Shown here: positions 35,494 to 46,542 of the stretch, piece after piece
Position numbering within the stretch: position 1 is the stretch's first letter
Layout: every line of letters starts with the position of its first letter
Source of the DNA: Anaeramoeba ignava BMAN
Lineage: Eukaryota; Protista; Anaeramoebae
DNA: 64,000 nucleotides
Reading direction: 5' to 3'
Assembly (NCBI GenBank): GCA_028826165.1
Contig: JAPDFW010000098.1
Location: forward strand, 113,173 to 177,172
Made by a program: the position numbers and the translations under genes
The notes under the pieces: generated by a model
What the model saw: the letters and a program-made list of their open reading frames with translations, nothing else
Databases searched by the model: none
What the model was told of the DNA's origin: nothing

Positions 35494-37740
35494 TTAAAGT
35501 AAAATAAAATCATCATCATCATCATCATCCTTCTTTGAATCAATATTCTCATTATTCTTACTCTGATCTTTCTCCTTCAAATTCTCCTCGTGAATGGTCA
35601 TTTCATTAACATAATTCTCAAGCATCTTCTCAACATTTTTATGCAAAAGATCCAAACCAGTCAAATTTTCCAAAAAAGAAGGTTCATTAAAAACTTTCAG
35701 CAAAAAATCAAATCCACCTTCATGATAAGCATTTCTAACAATAGAAGAGCAAGCAACACACTTAGAAAAAGGGGAGCTCGAAACAAGAAAATTATCGAAA
35801 GAAGAAAGATACCCCCTAATTTGATGGGGGACATAACCAAGTGGTGATTTAACTTCTTGGGGGGACTCTTTTGTATCTGATAAAGCAAACCATTTTTGAG
35901 GATGATGCAGAATGCTCACAAGCAGCTCAACACCAAGAGAACCAGCAATGGGACTTAGCGCAGGACGCGTGACAGTGCACTGCATATCGAGAGTGCGGTC
36001 TGATATCGAATCAATGGGCGCAACAACGTCCTGACAGAAATAACAAGCATGGGTCATCGGCGATTTGGGATGCACTCCGCCATCAGACTCGCCTTCAGGA
36101 ACGCCATGGCGCATGACAAAGTAATTTGCAAACCCAAGCGCGATGTCGATGACAGGCTTCCCATGATACGCACAGAGCATTGAGGGCAACCAGCGGGATT
36201 CGCGGGTGTCTGTCATCAAAAACACAACATCGTGATCCTTAATCAAATTTTCGATCTCTTCAACAGACTTTTTTGTGGCTTCAATCTCGCGGGAAGTAAC
36301 AACATGACCGGGCATAGGGATCATAATAACATGACCCGAAGACTTAACACTTGGGAAAATTCGGGACAATTGTTCCCCGGCAACGGTCGCTTTATAACGG
36401 CCGTTGGAAACATGAGAATCCTCAAAAGTATACAACCACTGGCGCACTGGATTTGAATAGGAAACACGCCCGCCATCTACAAAGGTAATGTGCCGAAATC
36501 CCCAGCCGAGCAGAGCGCGACCCACAACACACCCAAGAGTTCCTGCCCCGATCAAAAGACATTTTGTGCGCGAAATGATCTCAAGGTCGAGCTCAGGAAG
36601 CAGCCGCCATCTCATCAACTGGAGATTCAAATTGACTGCAGACTCGGCAAGTTTCTCAGGAGACATCAGTCCGCTCAGATCCACAAGTCGCGGCGCTAAC
36701 TTTCCTTTCGTGTTTTTTTCCCAGCCACTTGACTCAAACACGCATTCTTGTCCCTCCTTCAGATTTTTTCCAGAAACATCCTCGACAACAGGCACTTGCA
36801 AATCAAGCACAAAGCTGTTCTTGATGTCCGAGTTCGATGGGTCTTCCCTTATACACACAACCTTCAGTCGCGAAACAGCAAAGCGCACCGAGATTAAGGC
36901 CAAAATATTTCTCAACGGCCATCCCGGCACAAAAGATACCCCCGAAGGGTCAATAAACCCCACAATATACTCAATATCCTCACTCTCCTCTTTCTTATTC
37001 TCCTCTTTTTCTTTCCCCCAAAAAGTATTCCATTCACTTAATTTTCCAACGGAAATTGCGTCCTCTTCTTTTTCCTTTGTTTTCTTAATCAAAAACACGT
37101 TCAAATTGCCTGTTTTGCCAGTCGAAATTTTATCTTCATCACTCTCCAAATCCGGCTCTCTTAGCCTGAGCAGGGATCCATAAAGCGCTTCAATTTGCTT
37201 TTCGGAAAAAAACTTGTCAATCATAACTGGGGGTTCTTTATGGGAAATAAGATCGCCGTTTTTGCTTTTCAAAATAAGCGCTGGGAACGCGAACCAATAG
37301 TAAAAAATATACTTCTTCAGATCAGCATAAGTCAGCAAAAGAAACCTTCCGAGGCGAGAGGTATCCTCAAGAGCCTCACCGTTTACTATGTCTTGCCAAA
37401 TCAAATTTGCAGTGTTTTTGAACAGTTGGATTTTATCGAGATTTTTGTATTCTTTCATTGTATTCGTGTTCAATATTGTTCCTGGCGCCATAAAAGAAAA
37501 CGGCGCAAGATGTTTGTATTCTTTTTGGCTGTAATCTGCATACTCAAAAGAGTTCATGTTCAGCCAGAACTGTGTCGGGAAATCTGGTTCATATTTTGCT
37601 CGATAAGTTCCAAATATTGTTTTTTCTGAATTGTCAAGTTTCCATTCGTTTAGTTTCGTTTTTGTTAGTGTAGACCAGAATATTGGCTCAACAATCGATG
37701 AGAATGGTTGATATACAACAAGGTTTTTTTTTGATGTCAT
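35494..37740 (-). CDS. ATG7: Autophagy E1-like enzyme ATG7, intronless
   Basis: ADLKKY.FYYWFAFPAL, FIDPS...PGWPLRN, AVNLNLQLMRWRLLP, LLIGAGTLGC, VSYSNPVRQ, DTRESRWLP, ACYFCQD, catalytic DRTLDMQCTVTRP, VPHQIRG. Confidence 0.98.
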   Translation of the reverse strand: MTSKKNLVVYQPFSSIVEPIFWSTLTKTKLNEWKLDNSEKTIFGTYRAKYEPDFPTQFWLNMNSFEYADYSQKEYKHLAPFSFMAPGTILNTNTMKEYKNLDKIQLFKNTANLIWQDIVNGEALEDTSRLGRFLLLTYADLKKYIFYYWFAFPALILKSKNGDLISHKEPPVMIDKFFSEKQIEALYGSLLRLREPDLESDEDKISTGKTGNLNVFLIKKTKEKEEDAISVGKLSEWNTFWGKEKEENKKEESEDIEYIVGFIDPSGVSFVPGWPLRNILALISVRFAVSRLKVVCIREDPSNSDIKNSFVLDLQVPVVEDVSGKNLKEGQECVFESSGWEKNTKGKLAPRLVDLSGLMSPEKLAESAVNLNLQLMRWRLLPELDLEIISRTKCLLIGAGTLGCVVGRALLGWGFRHITFVDGGRVSYSNPVRQWLYTFEDSHVSNGRYKATVAGEQLSRIFPSVKSSGHVIMIPMPGHVVTSREIEATKKSVEEIENLIKDHDVVFLMTDTRESRWLPSMLCAYHGKPVIDIALGFANYFVMRHGVPEGESDGGVHPKSPMTHACYFCQDVVAPIDSISDRTLDMQCTVTRPALSPIAGSLGVELLVSILHHPQKWFALSDTKESPQEVKSPLGYVPHQIRGYLSSFDNFLVSSSPFSKCVACSSIVRNAYHEGGFDFLLKVFNEPSFLENLTGLDLLHKNVEKMLENYVNEMTIHEENLKEKDQSKNNENIDSKKDDDDDDDFILL

Positions 37741-37779
37741 TTAATTGAGTGAGAAAAAAAATGAAAAATGAAAAAAATA

Positions 37780-38608
37780 ATTTTAATTTTGATTTTAATT
37801 TTAATTTTAATTTTAATTTTAATTTTAATTTTCAATTTTAATTTTAATTTTAATTTTAATTTTAATTTTAATTTTAATTTTAATTTTAATTTTAATTTTA
37901 ATTTTTAATTTTAATTTTAATTTTAATTTTAATTTTAATTTTAATTTTAATTTTAATTTTAATTTTAATTTTAATTTTAATTTTAATTTTAATTTTTGAT
38001 TTTAATTTTAATTTTTAATTTTAATTTTAATTTTGATTTTAATTTTAATTTTAATTTTAATTTTGATTTTAATTTTAATTTTAATTTTAATTTTAATTTT
38101 GATTTTAATTTTAATTTTTAATTTTTAATTTTGATTTTAATTTTAATTTTAATTTTGATTTTAATTTTGATTTTAATTTTTAATTTTAATTTTAATTTTA
38201 ATTTTAATTTTAATTTTAATTTTAATTTTAATTTTAATTTTAATTTTAATTTTAATTTTTAATTTTAATTTTAATTTTAATTTTAATTTTAAATTTTAAT
38301 TTTAATTTTAATTTTAATTTTAATTTTGATTTTAATTTTAATTTTAATTTTAATTTTAATTTTAATTTTAATTTTAATTTTAATTTTGATTTTAATTTTA
38401 ATTTTAATTTTAATTTTAATTTTAATTTTAATTTTAATTTTGATTTTAATTTTAATTTTAATTTTAATTTTGATTTTGATTTTAATTTTAATTTTAATTT
38501 TAATTTTGATTTTGATTTTAATTTTAATTTTGATTTTAATTTTAATTTTAATTTTGATTTTGATTTTGATTTTTAATTTGAAATTGATTTTAATTTTGAT
38601 TTTTAAAT
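37780..38608. repeat. (TTTRAT)n microsatellite, ~830 bp
   Basis: Reverse complement of (AAAATY)n, starting at the 3' end of the minus-strand RCC1-BTB gene. Confidence 0.95.
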
Positions 38609-40407
38609 TTAATTTTCATTTTGATTATTAAATTTATTAATTAATAAATCAAATAAATTTGGATTTGTTTGATTTAATTGAAAATAATCAATTCCAATTT
38701 GAATTTCATCAATCATTTCTTGTGTAATTTGAATTTCATCTTTAATTTGATTTGAATAAATCCAATATTCAAATATTTGAAATGATTTATTACTTAATTC
38801 ACTATAATCTGTAACTTTATTTGATTTATCTTCAGTTACAGATAAAAACATTCCTCGATATAATTCACTTCTCATTATTAATATTAATTTAGGAAATTTA
38901 TATTGTTTTTCTTTTCTTTCAATTATAAAATCTTTTTCATTTTCATTTTCATTTTCATTTAAATAAATTCTTTTCATTGTTTCTTCAATTTTTTCATTTG
39001 AATTTATAATTTCTTTAATTTCAAAATATAATTTTGGATTTATTATTCTGTTTGAATAAATCATTTCAAATATTTGATTTGATTCTTTAATTGATTTTTT
39101 TGAAATAATTTCTTTAAGTTTTTCAATTTCATTTTCATTTTGATTTTGATTTAATCTATATTTCAATATTAATTTATGAGCTTTGATTATTTCTCCATTT
39201 TTGGTTTTAAATGAAATATCACAAAATTCTTTTCTTCTAAATAGTTTTATCAAATCTTCTTCAAGATTGGAAAAAGAAGGAGAATAATAAAGAAATGATT
39301 TAGAAACTCCACAAGAAATATGATAATTATAAATATTTTCATTAAATCTTAATTTAGGAAGTTCAATTTGAAATGGAATTAATTGATACCAAGATGTATC
39401 TTCAGTTCCTAATTGACCATAACCATTATCTCCAAATCCAATTAATTTTGAATTAGAAGTTAAAATCAAAGTATGAGCATTTCCAACAGAAATTTCAAGA
39501 ATATTATCATCATTTTCAAATAAAGATGATTTGATTTCAGTAAATTCATTTGTATATTTATCTCCTTTGCCAAGTCCATTATATATCCAATATCCACATG
39601 AATAAAGTTTTCTTTTTGGATTTTGATTTTCATTTTCATTTCAACCAACATTATTGAATGATAATTTCCACATTGAATATCAATTATTTTACCTTTTGGA
39701 ATATTTTGGATTTTGGTTAATTTTTGGATTTTTGTTTCTTCTTCTCTTGATTCTCCTAATCCAAGTTGACCAGATATATTATCACCACATCCAAATAATT
39801 CTTGATTTGAATTTAAAAGAAAAACATGTTTTGAAGAATTTCCTGAAAATATTTTAGAAACATTTTTCATCATTAAAATTGGTTTTTCTGTTTTTTTAAG
39901 TGTTTCAGAATCAAAACCAAGTTGACCATATTCATTTGAACCAATTCCATAAGCATTTTGATTTGAAGTTAATAAGTAAATTAAATTATTTCCAGAAACA
40001 ATATCTTCAATTATTCTATCATTTGTATCTTCAATTAATGATGAAATATTGATAAATTCATTTGTATTTTTTGGATTAATATCTTTTCCTTTGGCAAATA
40101 CATTTCCTTCTATTGTTAAAATAGCTTCATTATTATAACCAACAGTTACTTTTTGAATATTTTTAATTTGGATTTTTGAAGGATTTTGATTTGAATCATT
40201 TTCATTTAAATATTCTATTGCTTTTCCATTTTCAAAAAGGAAAATTGTTCCAAAATTTGATGATGAAATTTGTTTAATTTGTTTTTCATTTTCATTTTCA
40301 TTTTCATTTTCAAATTTAAATTTAATTGTTTTTGTTATTATTTTATTTGTTTCATTTTTGATAAGAATTGGATATTGATTTTGACCAAAAAATAAACAAT
40401 CATTCAT
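38609..40407 (-). CDS. RCC1-repeat + BTB protein, paralog 5 (frameshift near 39640)
   Basis: ORFs 39466-40458 and 38609-39469 join through a 1-bp shift in the EN repeat; ATG of MNDCLFFG at 40407. Confidence 0.88.
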
Positions 40408-40520
40408 TTTTGAAAAGAAAAAAAATGAAAAAAATGAAAAAAATAAAAAAAAGAACAAAAAAATTTTTTTTCATTTTTCATTTTATTTTTCAATTTAATT
40501 TTAATTTTAATTTTTAAAAA

Positions 40521-42309
40521 ATGAGTTTTAAAGATTTTGAACAAACAAATCAACAAGAACAAAATCAACAATCACAAACAGATATAATTTACAATCAAAT
40601 TTTTACTAATTTAGAAAAAATTGGGAAGAATAATAAAACACTTGATGAATTTGTTAAGAAAATTGGGACACCAAAAGATACAGAAACACATCGTTCAAGA
40701 ATTATGCAACTTTCACAACAAACAGCAGATATTATTAAACAAACATCAAAGATGATCAAACAAGCATCTTCTCAATCAAATCAAAAAGTAAAAAATTTAT
40801 TTCAATTAAATTTATTTCAATTAAATTTATTTCAATTAAATTTATTTCATTTAAATTTATTTCAATTAAATTTATTTCATTTAAATTTATTTCATTTAAA
40901 TTTATTCAATTAAATTTATTTCATTTAAATTTATTCAATTAAATTTATTCATTTAAATTTATTTTAATTAAATTTATTTTAATTAAATTTATTTCAATTA
41001 AATTTATTTTAATTAAATTTATTTCATTTAAATTTATTTAAATTAAATTTATTTCATTTAAATTTATTTCAATTAAATTTATTTCAATTAAATTTATTTC
41101 AATTAAATTTATTTCTATTAAATTTATTTCAATTAAATTTATTTCATTTAAATTTATTTCATTTAAATTTATTTCAATTAAATTTATTTCAATTAAATTT
41201 ATTTCTATTAAATTTATTTCAATTAAATTTATTTCAATTAAATTTATTTTAATTAAATTTATTTCAATTAAATTTATTTCAATTAAATTTATTTCAATTA
41301 AATTTATTTCTATTAAATTTATTTCAATTAAATTTATTTCAATTAAATTTATTTCTATTAAATTTATTTCAATTAAATTTATTTCAATTAAATTTATTTC
41401 ATTTAAATTTATTTTAATTAAATTTATTTCAATTAAATTTATTAAATTAAATTTATTCAATTAAATTTATTTCATTAAATTTATTTCTATTAAATTTATT
41501 TCATTTAAATTTATTCAATTAAATTTATTTCCAATTAAATTTATTTCAATTAAATTTATTTCAATTAAATTAAAATTTAGGATGATTTTCGTTTAGAAAA
41601 AATTATGAAAGATTTTCAATTAATTTTCGAAACATTTAAAAAAGTTGAAAAAAATTCTAAACTTGCACAAATGAAATATGAACCAAAACAAAATTCTCAA
41701 CAAAAACCAAAAAACATATTTAAGTAAAATTTATCAATTCTTTGCAAGTTTCCAACAAAAAAAGAAAAAGAAAAAGAAAAAAACGTTTTCTTTGAATTCA
41801 AAATCAAAATCAAAATCAAAATTAAAATTAAAATTAAAATCAAAATTAAAAATTAAAATTAAAATTCATTTATAAAATTAAAATCAAAATTCATTTATAA
41901 AATTAAAATCAAAATTAGTGATAATGTAGAAGAAGATGAAACTTCAAAATTAATAAATGATCAAAGAAGAGAAGAATTAAGACAACAACAAATGTTCACT
42001 GAAGAAGTACAATTTCATAATGAAATTATCAAAGAAAGAGATGAACAAATCCAAGAAATTGAACAAACAATTAATGAAGTAAATGAAATGTTTATGGATT
42101 TAGCAAAAACAGTTCAAGTTCAAGGAATCCAAATCATAACAATTGATGAAAACATTGATAAAACTGAAATGAATACAGAAGAAGCCGTTGAGGAATTGCA
42201 TAAAGCAAGTAGATTTCAACAAGCTGCTCGTAAAAAATCTTGTTGGTTACTTTGTTGCATTGTTGTTGCTGCAATTATTATTGCTGTTGTTTTGGGTGTT
42301 AAGCTTTAA
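40521..42309 (+). CDS. Endosomal Qa-SNARE, syntaxin-7/12 (Pep12/SYP2)-like
   Basis: KIGTPKDTETHR Habc motif; IIKERDEQIQEIEQTINEVNEMFMDLAKTVQVQGIQIITIDENI SNARE motif; C-terminal TM. Introns 40788-41580 and 41724-41918 are phase-consistent. Confidence 0.92.
40795..41570. repeat. Intronic 15-bp tandem repeat (TTTCAATTAAATTTA)n
   Basis: About 50 copies fill syntaxin intron 1. Confidence 0.95.
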
Positions 42310-42507
42310 ATCATCCAAAAAAAAAAAAAACAAAAAAACAAAAAAACAAAAAAAACAAAAAACAAAAAACAAAAACAAAAAACAAAATATTTTCAAAAAT
42401 CTTTTTAATTTTTCTTTTTAATTTTTAGAAGAAAAAAGTAAAAAGCAAAAAAATTTTTTTTGTTCCACTTTTTTTGTTCCAATTTTTTTTATTCTTTTTT
42501 TTATTCT

Positions 42508-45500
42508 TTAATTTGAAATGGGAATAAGTTCTAAACCATGTCCAATAACAAGAACAAAAGAATTATCAGAATTAACAACCAAATTATTAATAGAAGGAAT
42601 ATCAACGAACTTTGTTTGATCTGAAAAATTCAATTTCAATTCTTTATCAAAATCAATAAACCATTGATTCAATCTCTTTTAAAAATAAATATTTTTTAAT
42701 TTTTTAATTTTTGTATTTTTATTATTTTTTAAATTGTTTTTTAATTACCATATCGTTTCCTGAACTAAAAATTCTATCATTAATAACTTGAATACCTCTT
42801 ATTCCTGCTGAATGAACATTCCAAATCACTTGAGAATCAATTAATTCAACACTTTTTCCATCAATTATGCTAATTAGATCCACACAAATACTTTGGTCAT
42901 CTCCTCCAGAAACAAGAATTCTATAATTTTGGGAAAATCTAAATTGACTCAAAAAATTCTTGTTTGAAAAATTTGCCACACTGACACAATTTGCACCACA
43001 AGAATGTCTTTTCCGCTGGATTTGGATTGGTTGAATATGAAGATGATTTTCGCAATTCCAACAAATAACAGATCCATCTGTTGAGGAAGTCCAAATAATG
43101 GGAATTTTTCTTTGATCCAAATTTTGGTTGGAGTTAATTAATGTTTGGGTGATTGATAAAATTGGTCCAAAATGATAATCTTTTAAAACCTCAACCAAAG
43201 AAAACGATTTCTTTTTACGATCAAATATAAATGTTTTGATTGAGGAATCCGAATATCCAGCAACAATAAAATATTGATTCGAAGAAACAGCATTTTCAGA
43301 ATTATTGGTGTTGGCATTAGTAATTGATTTATGCTTGAAAACTGCCAATCCATTGATGCGATTTCGATAGTCATTTACATCCTTATCAAAACTAACTAAA
43401 GTACTTAAAGGTTGAACAAACAATTCCAATCTGTTCATATTTGTAGTTAATAGCACTTCCCAGCAAATTATCTTATCTAATCCACCTGCTGAGAAGAGAA
43501 GCCAACAATCCTCCTCTTCGTTGCTGATTAAAGCAAATGTTTTTATTGAACTGGAATGATCCTCAAGTGTTTGAATGCAAGTGAGTTTATTGGTTTCCTT
43601 CTCAAATTTCCATATTTTGATTGTTTTGACTAAAGATCCTGTACAGAAAAATATTGTGTTTTGCAAAGTATATTCGATTTGTTTTCTTTCCAAATCACTT
43701 CTTGCATTTTCAAACAGTTTTTTCCTTTTCCAATTAGGAACTGTGAGGAAAATTGATCCAAAACATTCCTCTTCATGAAAAGAAGTTCCCAATGATCTAT
43801 ACATAAAAGGATAACGATATAAAACTTGGATGTTTCCTCTGCTTGAGAAGGTAAGCGTCATTTGGGACAAATCGGGTGTTGCTTTATAATCCATTGGGCG
43901 AAAACCGCCTCCATAATAACATCTGAAAATCTCAGTGTTTTGCGACAAATCCCAAACAACAACATCATCCTGAAGAAGTGCAACAATGATTTGTTGCTCT
44001 TGATTTGGTGACACAAACATCCCAACTAATCTCTCAAGACTCTCGGGCATTTTTGCCACTGAGAGTCTGACAAAATCATATCCTATTTTATTTCCGTTGG
44101 ATTTTTGTTCTTGGTTCTTTTGGATTTCATATTTCCCAATTTTCCCATCGCTTCCTAAAGAATAATAATACTTCCCAAATCTGCGGATTTTATTAATAAC
44201 ACTTCTTCCATGTGTTCTTATTGAAAATTGATCCGAATTTTCGAATTCTGCAATTCCTATTCCAAAACAAAAAACTGCTCCTCTTGCATCTCCGCAGATG
44301 AAAAAATTACCATCTTCTGACATTATTGCTGAAAATATCATTTTCTTTGAGTTGATTTGGAATGTTTTCCACAATTCCACTTTTTTTTCTTTTGCTTCTT
44401 TTAAAATTTCCTTAACATTCCAAAAATAAATTTCTCCATCAAATGTTGTTATCACAACAATTTCTTCTTGAAGCCAAAACACTTTCCATGCCTTATTAAC
44501 TTGCCATTGATAAATAAATTTGTGATCTTTTATTGAGACAATCAAAGCATTATCATTAAAATCAAGTGCAACTGCATATTCTTTACTTGGTGAAGTTTGA
44601 ATTTGTCGAATTCCATTTTTTTCGCCTTCATTTTTGTGGATATGATTGAATATTCCTGTTGTATAATCAAGGAAATAAATATTTCCTTCTGATGTTCCAA
44701 AAACTACTGAATCAAGTGAAATTAATTTGATTGATCTTAAATTATCATAAAAAGCTTTCTGAACGATTTTTGTAATCAAATTATCAACATCCATATTATT
44801 TCCATTTTCTTCAATTTTTTCATTTTCATTTTCTTTTAATTTCTTTTTCTTTTTCATTCTCTTTTTCTTTGGTTTTTCTTTTACTTCAATTTCTTTGACA
44901 GTTTTATAATTTGGAATTTGAAATGAAGATAATTTCAATGATTTATTTTCCAAAAGAGACCATAATTTAATTGAGCCATCTTGTCCACCAGAAGCAAGTT
45001 CAGTTTCATCATAATTTACATCAATACACCAAATATTTTTTCCTGCATGACCTCGAAATATTTTCTGTTGTTTTCCTTGGAAATCCCAAACTATACAAGT
45101 TGAATCTTCACCACAAGAAACAACAGAATCATGTAAAGTTTTACAATCCCAAATACGTGAATAATGACCATAAGCTTGAAATATCATTTTATATTGATTT
45201 TGAACAATATTTTGATTTTCAATTTCGATTTCATTTTGAATTTCAATTTGATTTTCAATTTTATTTTCAATTTTATTTTCATTTTCAATTTTATTTTGAT
45301 TTTCAATTTGATTTTCAATTTTATTTTCAATTTGAATTTCATTTTCAATTTGATTTTCAATTTGATTTTGATTTTCATTTTGATTTTGATTTTCATTTTG
45401 AATTTCAATTTTATTTTGATTTTCAATTTGATTTTCATTTTCAATTTGATTTTGATTTTCAATTTCGATTTCATTTTGAATTTCAATTTGATTTTCAATT

Positions 45501-46433
45501 TCAATTTTATTTTGATTTTCAATTTGATTTTCAATTTGATTTTGATTTTCAATTTCGATTTCATTTTCATTTTGATTTTCAATTTGATTTTGATTTTCAT
45601 TTTGATTTGAATTAAAATCAAAAAGGAAATGTTTAACTGTTCTATTTTGATGTTCTATCATCTGAAACTGAGCTTAATGAATTACCATTTTTTGACCAAG
45701 ATAATTTAAAAATACTTCCATCATGTTCTGTTATTCTGAATAATTCTTTTATAATTTGAATTTGATTTTGATTTTGAATTTGAATTTGATTTTGAATTTG
45801 ATATTGAATTTGATATTGAATTTGATTTTGATTTTGATTTTGATTTTCATTTTCATTTTCAATTTGAATTTGATTTTGATTTTCATTTTGATTCTGATAT
45901 CCTTTGAATACTTCCTCTAAAAATCCAATTTTCCAAATAATAATATGTCCAAATACTGTTCCAGAAGCAACAAATAAATCATCAAAATTTCCATTTTGAA
46001 AAAACGCTAAAGAATAAAGTAAACAATTCTCAGTTCCCTTAAGACTTATAATAAGCTTCTCGCAAGAAAAATCCCAGAGCTCAATATAATTATGAGAAAA
46101 TCCAAACGCAACTAGAGAATCAACTTGATTTAAAGAAATTATATCTAGTATCCAATCAGTACACATTTCATATTTGGAAATAACTTTAAACGAACCATCT
46201 TTAATATTGAATCCCACATAAAAAGCTTTTCTTTGACCAAACACAAAAATGTTACTGTCTTTATTTCCAAGTTTTATTCCATGAATTCTTAGATTTGTTG
46301 TGAGCTTAATTCTGCATATTTCATTTGATGTTTTTGTATTAAATGCAATTAAATAAGGTCCAGAGCCACAGAAAATTAAATCCGGATTCACAATAGAATA
46401 TCTTAATGCTGTAATATGTCCAATAAAAGCCAT
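42508..46433 (-). CDS. WDR6: WD repeat protein 6 (Trm734/Rtt10), tRNA 2'-O-methyltransferase partner
   Basis: RIHGI, DWILD, CLLYS, VASGTVFG, HDGSIF...SVSDDRT, YGHYSRIWDC, SCGEDST, GHAGKNIW, SGGDDQ. 13-nt insertion at ~45638-45658 shifts the frame; short terminal intron (~42677-42748); stop at 42508. Confidence 0.88.
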
Positions 46434-46542
46434 TGAAAAAAAACGAAAGAATTTCTTCAAGAAAAAAAATGATTTTTTTTTTAAAATTTTTTTTTTTCAA
46501 TTTTTTTTTTCATTTTTTTCTTTCAAAAAAAAATAATTTATC
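46434..46542. promoter_or_regulatory. Putative compact bidirectional promoter (WDR6/WDR4)
   Basis: 109 bp between divergent ATGs, with TCATTTT Inr-like motifs on both strands (aaaaatga near 46465-46472; tcatttt near 46510). Confidence 0.6.

Noticed and set aside
36488-37629. Plus-strand ORFs of 231 and 144 aa
   Set aside because: Antisense shadows of GC-rich ATG7 with no recognisable motifs.
37780-38608. Interstitial telomere
   Set aside because: The unit is TTTAAT without a G-rich strand, and the same repeat is ubiquitous in introns and spacers.
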